From: Betaproteobacteria bacterium
GTDB lineage: Bacteria; Pseudomonadota; Gammaproteobacteria; Burkholderiales; SG8-41
Direction of reading: 5' to 3'
Length of the DNA stretch: 64,000 bases
Assembly: GCA_947476215.1 (NCBI GenBank)
Contig: CANJQI010000001.1
Location: 29,260 to 93,259 of the forward strand
Shown piece after piece: positions 18,919 through 30,252 of this stretch; position 1 is the stretch's first letter; each line of letters begins with the position of its first letter. The translations under genes and the position numbers were made by a program. Under the pieces are notes generated by a model. That model was not told where the DNA came from and made no database searches. It saw nothing but the letters and a program-made list of their open reading frames with translations.

Positions 18919-21723
18919 GTGCGCACATTCCGATCTATGACAGGGCTGTTGGTGGGAATTATCCTGCTCATGCCGATGATAGCCCCCGCGGCCGGTTTGG
19001 GCAGACTCAACATTCTTTCAGCACTGGGTCAGCCGCTGATAGCGGAAATTGAACTGATATCAGTGCAGATGGACGAATTGTCCACGCTGTCGGCTCGTCT
19101 TGCGACTCCCGAGGCTTTTCACCAGGCAAATATTCAATTTAGTCCGGCATTGGTCGGTGTTCGCATGGTTGTGGAACGCCGTGCGGGCGGCCAGCCTTAT
19201 ATCAGGATTAGTTCTACGCGTCCGGTCAACGAGCCATTCATTGATTTATTGGTGGAGTTGAGTTGGGCGCAAGGCCGCTTGGTTCGTGAATATACGGCTT
19301 TGGTGGATCCGCCTGCGTTTGCGCCTACGGCAGCCGCGCCGGCGCCTGTCGTTGTTGCGCCTCCCGTCGTCGGTGACACTCGCGCAATTGCGCCGGCGCC
19401 GGCTGCGACAGCGAGCGCGTCCGCAGAATCACGCCCTGCTGCTCCCGCCGCCAAAGCGCCTGTCGTGGCGGCACGTCCTGCCGGCCCCGCAAGCGACAGC
19501 AAGGAGTATGGCCCAGTCAAACGCGGGGATACGCTTTCCAAGATTGCGTCTAGTGTCAAACACGAAGGCGTAACACTCGAACAAACGCTTGTTGGGCTTT
19601 TCCGCAGTAATCCGGACGCATTTGCCGGCAACATGAATCTTCTGAAGACCGGCAAGATCTTACGAGTGCCGGAAAAGGAACAGCTATCCGCGACCGGGCG
19701 GACCGAAGCGGCTAAGGAAGTGCGGGTGCAGGCAACGAACTGGAGTGCTTATCGTCAAAAACTGGCCGATAGTGCCGGTGCGGCTCCTGCCCGTGAGGCC
19801 AAGACTGCCGCCAGTGGCAAAATTACCACAGCGGTTGAAGACAAGGCGGCAGGTAAGCAATCACCTAAGGAAGTCCTGAAGTTATCCAAGGGTGAACCGG
19901 GTGCCGCGTCAGGCAAGGCGGCGTCGGCACAGGATAGGACACGTATACTCGAAGAAGAATCGACCGCGCGTCAAAAAGCGTTGATTGAAGCCAATGAGCG
20001 AATTGCACAGCTAGAAAGCACCATTAAGAAAATGGAGCGCCTGATCGAAGTCAAGGGGCAGACTCCAGCCGCGCCGCCACCGGTTAAAGGTGATACGGCT
20101 GCGAAGGCGCCAGCTGCGCCAGTGCCAGCGCCCAAGGCCGAACCGGTCAAAGAGGCTGCGAAAGCGGAACCGACAAAGGATGTAGTTAAAACTGATCCCG
20201 CGAAAGACGCGGGCAAGTCGACGGACATTGCCAAAGGTGAACAAAAAGTGCCTCCTTCTGCCGATGCGGCAAAGGCCGAACCGCCGAAGAGTGATGTGGT
20301 AGCGGAACAGCCCAAGCCAAAACCAAAAATAGCTCCGCCACCCCCGCCGGACCTGATAGACCAAATTACCGGCGAGCCCCTGTATCTGGCTGGCGGCGGC
20401 GGATTGCTGGCATTGGTGGGTGGACTGGGATATTGGTTTGTGCGCCGACGCAGTGCAGCCGGCGCAAGCACCGATGATATTGTTCCCAAGCAAGCGCCTA
20501 AGCTCGCGGTGAGCGCTCCCGCTGCGGTTGCGGCATCTGCCGCGGCTGCTGGCGCGGATGATGTGGACCCACTTGCGGAGGCGGATCTTTATCTGAATTT
20601 TGGGCGCGATGCACAGGCTGAGGAAGTGCTCAAGGAAGCGCTGGAGAAAAATCCCGAACATGCACAAGCCAAGCTCAAGCTGCTGCAAATCTATGCGGGA
20701 CGCAAGGACAAGGCCGAGTTTGAAAAGTTGGCGCGGAATCTTCAAACGCAATGTCGTGCCGACAGCGAAGACTGGTTGAAAGCCGCGGCGATGGGGTATG
20801 CATTTGACCCTGAGAATGCTTTGTACGACGCCGGAAAATCAGCGCCCACGGTCGCGATGCCTGCGGCGGGCAACGCGACGACGAGTACCACCGACCTCGA
20901 CTTCGATCTTGAATTGGCGCCGGCAGCCAATGTCACGGGAACTGATATTGAACTTGAAGCCGGCAAGACGGTGATTATGGAGCCGGGTGCATTTTCGGGC
21001 ATGGCGGATCCGGGTGCGACTCAGGACATCACCGGGGATTCGGCCGTTCGCGCTGCGCTGGCAGATGCCGATTTCGTTACGGTCGTGCCGGATATTGCAT
21101 TTGATGGCCCGGATACGAGTGCTCCGGTCGAACCCGACATCACGCTGGATGCGCCTACGGAAGGAGCCGCCACGCAGGTCGATTTTGCGGAGACTAGAGT
21201 TGAGGCCGATGCGCCGGCAGGCAACATGATCGATTTCAATTTCGATGTAGCTACACCATCCGCGCCTGCAGCGGCCGATGCAGGGCAGGCATTTACACAC
21301 GATGGGACGGTCATCCTCAGTCCGGAAAAGGCAGTGGCATCGACGGTGGAAATGGATATGGACGCCACCGCCAAGCTCGATCTCGCTATGCCTGACAATC
21401 CTGTGACGGAAGCTCCCAATCCTAACGAGTTGGATGCGCAGGCATCCAGCACCGAATCGGCTCCGCCGATGTTGCCGGAGTTCAAGCTTGACGACATAAA
21501 TCTGTCTTTGGATGACAATCCCAATACAGATCTGCTGGCGACCCCGGCGGGAAGCGTAAAAGACGACCATTGGTATGACGTTCAAACCAAATTCGATTTA
21601 GCGAAGGCATATCAGGAGATGGGGGACAAAGATGGTGCGCGAGAAATACTCAATGAGGTCATACAGGAAGGTGACGCTGCACAGCAGGCGGAGGCGAAAC
21701 AATTGCTTAGCTCGCTTGGCTAA
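18919..21723 (+). CDS. fimV: FimV-type peptidoglycan-binding pilus-assembly/polar-organising protein
   Basis: Signal/TM N-terminus and a LysM motif (YGPVKRGDTLSKIASSV). Pro/Ala/Lys low-complexity linker and a central TM (LYLAGGGGLLALVGGLGYWFV). Acidic region and C-terminal TPR-like FimV motif (KFDLAKAYQEMGDKDGAREILNEV). Confidence 0.85.
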   Translation: MRTFRSMTGLLVGIILLMPMIAPAAGLGRLNILSALGQPLIAEIELISVQMDELSTLSARLATPEAFHQANIQFSPALVGVRMVVERRAGGQPYIRISSTRPVNEPFIDLLVELSWAQGRLVREYTALVDPPAFAPTAAAPAPVVVAPPVVGDTRAIAPAPAATASASAESRPAAPAAKAPVVAARPAGPASDSKEYGPVKRGDTLSKIASSVKHEGVTLEQTLVGLFRSNPDAFAGNMNLLKTGKILRVPEKEQLSATGRTEAAKEVRVQATNWSAYRQKLADSAGAAPAREAKTAASGKITTAVEDKAAGKQSPKEVLKLSKGEPGAASGKAASAQDRTRILEEESTARQKALIEANERIAQLESTIKKMERLIEVKGQTPAAPPPVKGDTAAKAPAAPVPAPKAEPVKEAAKAEPTKDVVKTDPAKDAGKSTDIAKGEQKVPPSADAAKAEPPKSDVVAEQPKPKPKIAPPPPPDLIDQITGEPLYLAGGGGLLALVGGLGYWFVRRRSAAGASTDDIVPKQAPKLAVSAPAAVAASAAAAGADDVDPLAEADLYLNFGRDAQAEEVLKEALEKNPEHAQAKLKLLQIYAGRKDKAEFEKLARNLQTQCRADSEDWLKAAAMGYAFDPENALYDAGKSAPTVAMPAAGNATTSTTDLDFDLELAPAANVTGTDIELEAGKTVIMEPGAFSGMADPGATQDITGDSAVRAALADADFVTVVPDIAFDGPDTSAPVEPDITLDAPTEGAATQVDFAETRVEADAPAGNMIDFNFDVATPSAPAAADAGQAFTHDGTVILSPEKAVASTVEMDMDATAKLDLAMPDNPVTEAPNPNELDAQASSTESAPPMLPEFKLDDINLSLDDNPNTDLLATPAGSVKDDHWYDVQTKFDLAKAYQEMGDKDGAREILNEVIQEGDAAQQAEAKQLLSSLG

Positions 21724-21742
21724 CATTTTCTCCATCCTTTCC

Positions 21743-21782
21743 ACTGCCGCCAGTTCGACGAACTGAGCGGCAGTTGTTTTTT
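21743..21782 (+). terminator. rho-independent terminator after fimV
   Basis: ACTGCCGCCAGTT-CGACG-AACTGAGCGGCAGT stem-loop followed by TGTTTTTT. Confidence 0.7.
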
Positions 21783-21799
21783 GAACGCTCCGAATACAA

Positions 21800-22597
21800 A
21801 TGCCGCGCATTGCGTTAGGTCTGGAATACAACGGAGCTACTTTTTGTGGATGGCAGACCCAGCCGTCGGGATGTGCGATACAGAACGCCCTGGAGCGTGC
21901 GCTCCGCGGCATCGCTGGCGGGACACTCGCGACAGTTTGCGCAGGACGTACGGATGCCGGCGTCCATGCTTTGGGCCAGGTGGTGCATTTTGATGTCGAT
22001 GTCGAACGTCCGGAGTCCGCATGGACACGGGGCGTCAACGCATTGCTGCCGGGCGGCGTGGCGGTCATGTGGGCACGCACGGTCGCGGACAAGTTTCATG
22101 CTCGTTACTGCGCGCTTGAACGTTGCTACCGGTATGTCCTGCTAAACCACCGCCTGCGGCCGGTTATCAAGCACGGGCTGGTTGGATGGTGTCATCTCCC
22201 GCTGGACGTAGAGCGCATGCGCGAGGCGGCGCGGCATCTGGTCGGCATTCATGATTTCAGCGCATTTCGCTCATCCGAATGTCAGGCGAAGTCTCCCGTC
22301 CGCGAGTTGCGCAGGCTGGATATAAGGAAAAGCGGCGACTACATCATATTCGACCTGACTGCGAATGCATTTCTCCATCATATGGTGCGCAATATCGTCG
22401 GGTCGCTGGTCTATGTCGGTAATGGCAGGCACGGGCCGACGTGGATGCACGAGCTGCTGGGGACGCGCGATCGCAAGCTTGCGGCGCCGACATTCGATGC
22501 GGCCGGCCTGTACCTCGCGCAAGTCGGCTATGATGCGAAATGGGGCGTGCCGGATATCGTGCGTCCACCATGGTTCGATGAAAGTGCGCTGACATAA
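21800..22597 (+). CDS. truA: tRNA pseudouridine(38-40) synthase
   Basis: GRTDAGVHALGQVVHF catalytic Asp motif; 265 aa. Confidence 0.95.
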   Translation: MPRIALGLEYNGATFCGWQTQPSGCAIQNALERALRGIAGGTLATVCAGRTDAGVHALGQVVHFDVDVERPESAWTRGVNALLPGGVAVMWARTVADKFHARYCALERCYRYVLLNHRLRPVIKHGLVGWCHLPLDVERMREAARHLVGIHDFSAFRSSECQAKSPVRELRRLDIRKSGDYIIFDLTANAFLHHMVRNIVGSLVYVGNGRHGPTWMHELLGTRDRKLAAPTFDAAGLYLAQVGYDAKWGVPDIVRPPWFDESALT

Positions 22598-23220
22598 TGA
22601 CAATTCCAGTAAAAATATGCGGTATTACCCGGATTGAAGATGCTCTGGCGGCAGTGGATCTCGGCGTGCATGCGCTGGGATTCGTGTTTCATAAGAAAAG
22701 TCCCCGTTATGTTGCTCCTGCGCGCGCCGCGGACATTATCCTTCGGTTACCACCGTTTGTGAGCAGCGTGGCGCTGTTTGTCGATGCCGATGCCCGCGTG
22801 GTCGAGAACGTTCTCGAGCACGTACCTGTCAGTTTGTTGCAATTTCACGGCGACGAGCCGCCAGACTTTTGCAGTGCGTTTCATCGGCCCTATATCAAGG
22901 CGGTTCGAGTAAAACCCAATATGGATTTGTTACAATACGCCCAGATTTACCGCGCCGCGCGTGGTTTGCTGCTCGACGCATTTGTCGCCGGCACGCATGG
23001 TGGTACGGGTACTATGTTCGACTGGAGCCTGTTTCCAAACGCGTTTCCCCTGCCGCTGGTACTGGCGGGCGGGCTCAATCCTGTCAACGTCAGCGACGCA
23101 ATACGCCGCGTCAGGCCGTCAGCAGTTGATGTCAGTTCCGGGGTGGAAGCGAGCCCAGGCATCAAGGATGCCCTAAAAATGGCCGCATTTGTTCAAGGTG
23201 TAGTCGATGCAGATGTATGA
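22597..23220 (+). CDS. trpF: phosphoribosylanthranilate isomerase
   Basis: [13 protein letters not shown]-terminus; 207 aa; TAATG overlap with truA. Confidence 0.9.
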   Translation: MTIPVKICGITRIEDALAAVDLGVHALGFVFHKKSPRYVAPARAADIILRLPPFVSSVALFVDADARVVENVLEHVPVSLLQFHGDEPPDFCSAFHRPYIKAVRVKPNMDLLQYAQIYRAARGLLLDAFVAGTHGGTGTMFDWSLFPNAFPLPLVLAGGLNPVNVSDAIRRVRPSAVDVSSGVEASPGIKDALKMAAFVQGVVDADV

Positions 23221-24406
23221 TTTTCCGGACCGCAACGGGCATTTTGGGCCCTACGGAGGTGTTTTCGTCGCGGAGACGCTGATAGATGCGCTCGACGAGC
23301 TGCGTAGCGCTTACGAACAATGCCGCAACGATCTGAAATTCCGTACTGAGTTCGAGTATGAGCTCAAGCATTATGTGGGTCGCCCAAGTCCGATCTATCA
23401 CGCGAAGCGCTGGTCCGAGCATTTCGGCGGCGCGCAGGTCTATCTCAAGCGCGAGGATCTGAATCACACCGGCGCTCACAAGATCAATAATACAGTCGGC
23501 CAGGCCTTGCTGGCCAGGCGCATGGGTAAGCCGCGCGTCATTGCTGAAACCGGAGCCGGTCAGCATGGCGTCGCGACGGCGACCGTGGCGGCGCGCTATG
23601 GCATGGAATGCGTCGTATACATGGGGTCGGAAGATGTAAAGCGCCAGGCACAGAATGTGTACCGCATGAAACTGCTGGGGGCGAGCGTGGTGCCGGTGGA
23701 AAGCGGTTCAAAAACCCTCAAAGACGCGTTGAATGAGGCGATGCGCGATTGGGTTACGCATGTCAGCGACACGTTCTACATTATAGGCACCGTGGCAGGC
23801 CCCCATCCTTATCCGATGATGGTGCGTGACTTTCAGTCGGTCATAGGCATTGAAGCCATCCAGCAGATGAAGGAGTTGGCGGGACGTCAGCCGGACGCCG
23901 TATTGGCATGCGTCGGCGGCGGATCCAATGCAATGGGATTGTTCTATCCTTATATTGAGGACACAAGCGTCCGCCTTATCGGCATCGAGGCCGCCGGGTT
24001 CGGGCTTGAAAGCGGTAAACATGCTGCCACGTTGTGCGCGGGAAAACCTGGTGTGCTGCACGGGAACCGCACCTATTTGATTCAGGATGACAACGGCCAG
24101 ATCATAGAAACCCACTCCATTTCAGCGGGGCTTGACTATCCGGGCGTAGGCCCGGAGCATGCGTGGCTGAAGGACAGCGGTCGTGCCGAGTACGTCGCGG
24201 TGACCGACGACGAAGCGCTGGCGGCTTTCCACCACCTGTGCCGGATGGAAGGCATCATACCCGCGCTTGAATCCAGTCATGCGCTGGCTTACGCCGCCAA
24301 GCTGGCGCCACGCATGAAGAAAGAGCAGATACTGCTGGTGAATCTGTCCGGTAGGGGCGACAAGGACATGCACACCGTCGCTGAAAAATCTGGTATCAAA
24401 TTTTAG
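23207..24406 (+). CDS. trpB: tryptophan synthase beta chain
   Basis: [16 protein letters not shown] (PLP lysine) and GGGSNAMG. Confidence 0.95.
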   Translation: MQMYDFPDRNGHFGPYGGVFVAETLIDALDELRSAYEQCRNDLKFRTEFEYELKHYVGRPSPIYHAKRWSEHFGGAQVYLKREDLNHTGAHKINNTVGQALLARRMGKPRVIAETGAGQHGVATATVAARYGMECVVYMGSEDVKRQAQNVYRMKLLGASVVPVESGSKTLKDALNEAMRDWVTHVSDTFYIIGTVAGPHPYPMMVRDFQSVIGIEAIQQMKELAGRQPDAVLACVGGGSNAMGLFYPYIEDTSVRLIGIEAAGFGLESGKHAATLCAGKPGVLHGNRTYLIQDDNGQIIETHSISAGLDYPGVGPEHAWLKDSGRAEYVAVTDDEALAAFHHLCRMEGIIPALESSHALAYAAKLAPRMKKEQILLVNLSGRGDKDMHTVAEKSGIKF

Positions 24407-24457
24407 TAAGAGGGAAACGGTGAGCAGTGAACTGAAAAAACGAGAATTCGAAGCCCG

Positions 24458-24492
24458 TCGCTACCGCTTTCCGCTTACGGTTCACCGTTCAC
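24458..24492 (+). repeat. 7-nt periodic tract (5 units) upstream of trpA
   Basis: tcgctac cgctttc cgcttac ggttcac cgttcac, ending 10 nt before the trpA ATG. The inverted partner GTGAGCAGTGAAC at 24420-24432 can pair with 24480-24492. Confidence 0.8.
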
Positions 24493-24502
24493 GGATGTCC
24501 TG

Positions 24503-25300
24503 ATGTCTAGAATAGCCGCTACTTTCGCTGCGCTCGCGGAACGGAAACGCAAGGGGCTGATACCGTTCATCACCGCCGGCGATCCTGATCCCGAATTGAC
24601 CGTACCGCTCATGCATGCGTTGGCGGGTGCCGGTGCTGATTTGATTGAACTCGGCGTTCCCTTCTCGGACCCCATGGCGGACGGACCGACGATACAACGT
24701 TCCAGTGAGCGCGCCTTGAGTCATGGAACCAGTCTGGTGCACGTGCTCGGATTCGTGTCGGAATTTCGCAAGACCAACGGCAGAACGCCGGTCGTGTTGA
24801 TGGGCTACGCGAACCCAATCGAGGCCATGGGTTATGAACGTTTTGCGGAAGCTGCACGCGTGTCCGGTGTAGATGGCGTGCTGGTGGTCGATTATCCGCC
24901 GGAAGAGTCCGCACAGTTGTCCGAGTTTCTCGAAAAAAGGGAAATCGATGCCATATTCCTGCTCGCGCCCACATCCTCGGCATCGCGAATTGAAAAGGTT
25001 GCACGATACGCGCGTGGCTATGTTTACTACGTCTCGTTGCGTGGCGTAACCGGCGCGGCACACCTCGATCTTGGCGAGATCGCGCACAAGATTCCCCTGA
25101 TACGCACCCACATCCATTTACCTATCGGCGTCGGCTTCGGCATTCGAGACGGACAAACCGCACGGGACGTGGCTAAATTTTCCGACGCCGTGATCATAGG
25201 CAGCCGGCTGGTGCAGGAAATCGAGGAGAGTCCTCGATCGCGAGTGATAGACAATGTCTCGGCCCTGGTCAGGGACATTCGTGGCGCGATGGATAAATAG
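24503..25300 (+). CDS. trpA: tryptophan synthase alpha chain
   Basis: [17 protein letters not shown] motif; 265 aa. Confidence 0.95.
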   Translation: MSRIAATFAALAERKRKGLIPFITAGDPDPELTVPLMHALAGAGADLIELGVPFSDPMADGPTIQRSSERALSHGTSLVHVLGFVSEFRKTNGRTPVVLMGYANPIEAMGYERFAEAARVSGVDGVLVVDYPPEESAQLSEFLEKREIDAIFLLAPTSSASRIEKVARYARGYVYYVSLRGVTGAAHLDLGEIAHKIPLIRTHIHLPIGVGFGIRDGQTARDVAKFSDAVIIGSRLVQEIEESPRSRVIDNVSALVRDIRGAMDK

Positions 25301-25312
25301 GATGACAAGATC

Positions 25313-26179
25313 GTGAGCTGGCTGCAGAAATTATTGCCGCCCAAGATCAAGCGTGATACGGGTAGCCCGAAAAAGGTTGTTCCGGAAGGACTGTGGAGCA
25401 AGTGCGACAAGTGCGAAGCGGTGCTCTATCGTACGGACCTGGAAAAGAATCTGTTTGTTTGCCCGAAGTGCAGTCACCACAACCGGATATCGGCCCGAGA
25501 ACGCCTTGAGTGCCTGCTGGATGCCGAGGGACGCTTTGAAATCGGCTATGAAGTGGTGCCCGTCGACTGTCTGAAATTCAAGGACAGCCGGCGTTACACC
25601 GAGCGTTTGGAAGAAGCAAGGAAACAGACCGAGGAGGAAGATGCGCTGGTGGTTGTCCAGGGCAGCATAAAGACTATACCTGTGGTCGCGGCGGCCTTTG
25701 AGTTCAAGTTTCTTGGCGGATCCATGGGGTCGGTGGTCGGTGAACGGTTCGTGCGCGGCGTGCAGGTATGCCTGGAGCAGAAGACGCCTCTGGTGTGCTT
25801 TAGCGCGAGCGGCGGTGCACGGATGCAGGAAGGTCTGTTTTCACTGCTGCAGATGTCAAAAACCTGTGCTGCGTTGACGCAACTGGCTTCCGAGAAGCTT
25901 CCGTTCATCTCGGTGCTCACAGACCCGACCATGGGCGGCGTTTCGGCGAGTTTTGCCCTGATCGGTGATGTCGTGCTTGCCGAGCCTGGTGCGCTTATCG
26001 GCTTCGCGGGTCCGCGCGTAATCGAGCAGACGGTACGTGAGACACTGCCCGAAGGTTTTCAGCGCGCCGAGTTCCTGCTGCAGCGTGGGGCCATAGACTT
26101 TATCGTCGATCGTCGCGAAATGCGGGATAAGCTGGCCAACTTGCTGACCATGCTGCTCAAAGTACCCGCAGTGTCGTGA
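25313..26179 (+). CDS. accD: acetyl-CoA carboxylase carboxyltransferase beta subunit
   Basis: N-terminal zinc ribbon [26 protein letters not shown] plus a carboxyltransferase domain. Confidence 0.95.
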   Translation: MSWLQKLLPPKIKRDTGSPKKVVPEGLWSKCDKCEAVLYRTDLEKNLFVCPKCSHHNRISARERLECLLDAEGRFEIGYEVVPVDCLKFKDSRRYTERLEEARKQTEEEDALVVVQGSIKTIPVVAAAFEFKFLGGSMGSVVGERFVRGVQVCLEQKTPLVCFSASGGARMQEGLFSLLQMSKTCAALTQLASEKLPFISVLTDPTMGGVSASFALIGDVVLAEPGALIGFAGPRVIEQTVRETLPEGFQRAEFLLQRGAIDFIVDRREMRDKLANLLTMLLKVPAVS

Positions 26180-26198
26180 TTGCCGGCGATCGTCCCTG

Positions 26199-27515
26199 TT
26201 GCCCGGGCCCCGATTGAATTCTCGTAACCTCGGTGCGACGCCGAATACTTTGGATGGGTGGCTGGCCTACCTTGATCGCCTGCACCCGCAGGCGATCGCG
26301 ATGGGGTTGGAGCGCGTCGAGCGCGTCAGGCAGGCACTTGCACTTTCCCCCCGATTCCCCGTTATTACCGTCGGTGGGACCAACGGCAAGGGTTCGTGCT
26401 GTGCCATGCTCGAATCAATTTTGATGTGCGCGGGATATCGCGTCGGCACCTATACCTCGCCTCATCTTCTGCGTTACAACGAACGCGTCCGTGTCGCGGG
26501 TGTGGAAGCATCCGATGATGTTTTGTGTCGTGCATTTGAGCGCATTGAACGGGTGCGCGGAGATATCTCATTGACTTACTTCGAGTTTGGCACGCTCGCG
26601 GCCATGCTCGAATTTGTCTCGGCCGAAATCGACGTGGCAATCCTGGAAGTGGGGTTGGGCGGAAGACTGGATGCGGTTAATGTATTTGATGCGGATTGCG
26701 CGCTCGTTGCCAGCGTGGATCTTGATCATATGGAATATCTGGGGACTTCGCGCGAAGCAATCGGCCTGGAAAAGGCCGGAATCTTTCGCTCCGGAGTGCC
26801 CGCCATATGCGCGGATGCGGACGCGCCGGCAACACTGCAAGACAGGGCCCGCGAAGTCGGCGCAGAGTTGATGTTGATCAATCGTGAATATGGGGTGCGT
26901 GCCGACACTACTCAATGGCAATACTGGGGGCCGGCTGGCAAACGCCATGGACTGCCCTACCCGGCGTTGCGCGGTGCTTTTCAGTTGAGCAACGCCGCGA
27001 CATGCATCACGGCACTCGATAGTTTGCGCGACAAGCTGCCGGTGACTGCGCAAGACGTTCGCAGCGGTTTGCTGCAGGTTGAACTCACCGGACGTTTCCA
27101 TGTGTTGCCGGGCCGCCCCTCCGTGATACTGGACGTTGCGCACAACCCACACGCGGCACGTGCGTTGTGCGCAAATCTCGCCAGTCTGCCCAAGTCGGCC
27201 AAGACCATCGCCGTTTTTTCCATGCTGAACGATAAGGATATTGCCGGGGTGATTGCGGCAGTTAAGGACCGCGTTACGCATTGGCATGTGGCGCGCGTTG
27301 AAAGTCCGCGTGCGGCAAGTATCGCGCAGCTGTTATCGGCGATGGCGGAAGCGGGTGTCGAGTCGATGCCGACTCAGTTCGAGGATGTTGCCGGCGCTTG
27401 GCGGGCCGCCTGTGTTTTAGCGGCCGAAAATGATAAAATTATTGTTTTCGGATCATTTCTGACCGTCGCCGCAGTCATGCGCGAGCGTCAGGCGCAATCC
27501 CTGCAACGTAAGTAA
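26199..27515 (+). CDS. folC: bifunctional folylpolyglutamate synthase / dihydrofolate synthase
   Basis: VGGTNGKGS P-loop and Mur-ligase-like body. Start is a non-ATG codon (TTG at 26199 or 26214). Confidence 0.9.
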   Translation: MPGPRLNSRNLGATPNTLDGWLAYLDRLHPQAIAMGLERVERVRQALALSPRFPVITVGGTNGKGSCCAMLESILMCAGYRVGTYTSPHLLRYNERVRVAGVEASDDVLCRAFERIERVRGDISLTYFEFGTLAAMLEFVSAEIDVAILEVGLGGRLDAVNVFDADCALVASVDLDHMEYLGTSREAIGLEKAGIFRSGVPAICADADAPATLQDRAREVGAELMLINREYGVRADTTQWQYWGPAGKRHGLPYPALRGAFQLSNAATCITALDSLRDKLPVTAQDVRSGLLQVELTGRFHVLPGRPSVILDVAHNPHAARALCANLASLPKSAKTIAVFSMLNDKDIAGVIAAVKDRVTHWHVARVESPRAASIAQLLSAMAEAGVESMPTQFEDVAGAWRAACVLAAENDKIIVFGSFLTVAAVMRERQAQSLQRK

Positions 27516-27532
27516 GGCGTGGTTTCCCTGTC

Positions 27533-28216
27533 ATGGTGAATGCAGTTAGCGAAGAGGAGTTGCAGCTTAGAAAACGCGCGCGCCGTCGCCTGATCGGTGC
27601 CATAGTATTGGTGAGCGCGGTCGCTGTCTTTCTTCCCATGGTGCTTGACCATGAGCCTAAGCCGCTCAGTCAGGACATCAGCATACAGATACCCGCGCCG
27701 AACAATGCCGGGACCTTCACCTCAAAAATTGTCCCAATTGCACCGGGCGATGCACCGACCGGCGGCCAACCCTCCACCGCAACACCTTCTGCAGTAGTGG
27801 AAAAGCCGACATCCCAGCCCGATTCGACTGCCAAGGAACCCCCCGCCCACGATACGGAGGCGGCACCGCCCCTACGTGCCGACGCGGAAAAATCGGCGAC
27901 GGAACCGCCCAAACCGGTCGTCAAGCCGATAGAAAAACCCCGCGTCAAGAGTCCTGCAAATCCCAATGACACGAAAAAGGCGGCTGCCCGCGGATTTGTC
28001 GTTCAGGTGGTGGCGTTGAACGATGCGAAAAAGGCCAAGGAACTTCAGCAGAAGATATCGGGTAGCGGCGTAAAATCCTACGTTGAAGTGGTACCGACCA
28101 CCAAGGGTAACGTGACGCGTGTGCGTGCGGGCCCCTATGCCACACGCGCCGAGGCGGAAAATATAAGTAATAAAATCAAAGAGTTAGGTTTTGGCAGCAA
28201 TATAATCCCGAAATAG
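27533..28216 (+). CDS. dedD: SPOR-domain cell-division protein (DedD-like)
   Basis: N-terminal TM, Pro-rich linker and C-terminal SPOR domain (GFVVQVVALNDAKKAKELQQKI...RVRAGPYATRAEAE). Sits in the conserved folC-dedD-cvpA-purF position. Confidence 0.8.
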   Translation: MVNAVSEEELQLRKRARRRLIGAIVLVSAVAVFLPMVLDHEPKPLSQDISIQIPAPNNAGTFTSKIVPIAPGDAPTGGQPSTATPSAVVEKPTSQPDSTAKEPPAHDTEAAPPLRADAEKSATEPPKPVVKPIEKPRVKSPANPNDTKKAAARGFVVQVVALNDAKKAKELQQKISGSGVKSYVEVVPTTKGNVTRVRAGPYATRAEAENISNKIKELGFGSNIIPK

Positions 28217-28222
28217 CGCGTA

Positions 28223-28723
28223 ATGACCTGGTTTGATTATGCGGTCCTTGCTATTGTTGGTATTTCGGTGCTGTTCAGTATCATGCACGGCTTCGTTCGG
28301 GAACTGTTGGCGCTCGCGTCGTGGGTGGTTGCGTTCCTGGTCGCACAGTTATTTGCCACCGAAGTAGCACCGATATTGACGGGCATAACCAATCCGTCGT
28401 TGCGCTTGCTGGTCGCGTTCCTTGCGGTGTTCGTTGCAACATTCATTGCAATGACCGTGCTGGCTATCCTGCTATCCAGTATGATCAAGCGTGCGGGCCT
28501 GGGCGCGGTCGACCGGTTATTGGGCGCGCTGTTTGGGTTGGTGCGTGGATTGGGGGTCGTCATGGTGGCGGTCTTGTTGGCCGGCATGACCGCGTTACCC
28601 CAGCAGCCGGATTGGCGGCATGCGCTTCTAAGTCCTCCGTTGGAATCACTGGCCGGCATCGTGAAGGTGTGGCTTCCCGACGGTTTATCCAAGCATATAC
28701 ATTACGAAAAAGTGAGCGGCTAA
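28223..28723 (+). CDS. cvpA: CvpA-family membrane protein
   Basis: 166-aa four-TM protein (MTWFDYAVLAIVGISVLFSIMHGFVRE) directly upstream of purF. Confidence 0.85.
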   Translation: MTWFDYAVLAIVGISVLFSIMHGFVRELLALASWVVAFLVAQLFATEVAPILTGITNPSLRLLVAFLAVFVATFIAMTVLAILLSSMIKRAGLGAVDRLLGALFGLVRGLGVVMVAVLLAGMTALPQQPDWRHALLSPPLESLAGIVKVWLPDGLSKHIHYEKVSG

Positions 28724-28727
28724 TAAT

Positions 28728-30245
28728 ATGTGCGGCATACTAGGGGTGGTGGCAAAAACCGCTGTCAACCAGCTACTGTATGATGGTTTGCTGGTCCTGC
28801 AACATCGCGGGCAGGACGCGGCGGGCATTGTGACGGCTGAGGGCGCCACGTTTCACATGCACAAAGCCAAGGGTTTCGTGCGAGATGTGTTTCGTACCCG
28901 CGACATGCGCACTCTGCTGGGCGCTTGTGGAATCGCGCATACGCGTTATCCCACGGCTGGTTCGGCATCATCGGCGGCCGAGTCTCAGCCTTTTTATGTG
29001 AATTCTCCGTTCGGGTTGGTGCTGGGCCACAATGGCAATCTGACCAATACCGCGCAGCTCAAGAGCGAGTTGTTTCGCCAGGATTTGCGGCACGTCAATA
29101 CCAACTCCGATTCCGAGGTTTTGCTCAATGTGCTTGCGCATGAACTGCAGGAAGGCGCGGCGAATTACAAGCTTGATCCGGCCACGATATTCGCGGCGGT
29201 ATCCGGTGTGCACCGCCGCTGCAGAGGTGCCTACGCGGTAGTTGCGATGGTCGCTGGCTACGGCTTGCTGGCATTCCGCGACCCGTATGGCATTCGGCCG
29301 CTGGTGTTCGGCAAGCAGGAAACCGATCATGGCACGGAATATCTGGTCGCTTCGGAGTCGGTCGCGCTGGATGCTCTAGGCTATGAACTGGTGCGGGACG
29401 TGGCGCCGGGAGAAGCGATCTTTATCGACGAAGACGGAAATTTTTATTCACAGCAATGTGCTGCCAGTCCGTCCCTGAACCCTTGCATCTTTGAATACGT
29501 GTATCTGGCGCGGCCGGACTCGGTTATCGACGGCATATCGGTATATGACACGCGGTTGCGCATGGGAGAGAGCCTGGGCGACAAGATCAAGCGCGAGCAC
29601 GGTAATCTCGACATCGACGTGGTGATTCCGATTCCGGATTCGAGCCGTCCATCCGCGATGCAGCTCGCCAATCGGCTGAATCTGCCTTATCGCGAAGGAT
29701 TCATCAAGAACCGCTACATCGGACGCACTTTTATCATGCCGGGTCAGGCAACACGCCGCAAGTCCGTGCGGCAGAAACTGAATGCCATCGGGATGGAATT
29801 CAAGGGGAAAAACGTGCTCCTGGTGGACGATTCCATAGTGCGCGGCACGACCAGCAGGGAAATCGTCCAGATGGCGCGCGAAGCCGGTGCACGCAAAGTG
29901 TTTTTTGCGTCGGGCGCCCCTCCCGTGAGATTTCCCAATGTCTACGGGATAGACATGCCAACCTGCGAAGAACTGATCGCAACCGGTCGCAGCGATGAGG
30001 AAATAGCACGCGAAATCGGCGCGGATCAGCTTGTTTATCAGGATCTGGACGCGTTGATAGAGGATGTGCATTCGGTGAACCCTGCGGTCACGAGTTTTGA
30101 GGCTTCCTGCTTCAGCGGTATCTATGTCACCGGAGATGTGACGCAGGAATACTTGAATGATGTCGAAGCCCAGCGCCGCGACGGTGGCAGAGGTGCCGGC
30201 CGGTCCGCGACACAGTTGGACCTGAATCTGGAAGTCGTCGACTGA
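28728..30245 (+). CDS. purF: amidophosphoribosyltransferase
   Basis: MCGILGV N-terminal nucleophile Cys and PRTase motif LLVDDSIVRGTTS. Confidence 0.95.
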   Translation: MCGILGVVAKTAVNQLLYDGLLVLQHRGQDAAGIVTAEGATFHMHKAKGFVRDVFRTRDMRTLLGACGIAHTRYPTAGSASSAAESQPFYVNSPFGLVLGHNGNLTNTAQLKSELFRQDLRHVNTNSDSEVLLNVLAHELQEGAANYKLDPATIFAAVSGVHRRCRGAYAVVAMVAGYGLLAFRDPYGIRPLVFGKQETDHGTEYLVASESVALDALGYELVRDVAPGEAIFIDEDGNFYSQQCAASPSLNPCIFEYVYLARPDSVIDGISVYDTRLRMGESLGDKIKREHGNLDIDVVIPIPDSSRPSAMQLANRLNLPYREGFIKNRYIGRTFIMPGQATRRKSVRQKLNAIGMEFKGKNVLLVDDSIVRGTTSREIVQMAREAGARKVFFASGAPPVRFPNVYGIDMPTCEELIATGRSDEEIAREIGADQLVYQDLDALIEDVHSVNPAVTSFEASCFSGIYVTGDVTQEYLNDVEAQRRDGGRGAGRSATQLDLNLEVVD

Positions 30246-30252
30246 CGGAACT

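Noticed and set aside
20011-21585. 246-aa and 248-aa minus-strand ORFs
   Set aside because: Antisense to fimV. Arg-rich translations of a low-complexity coding region.
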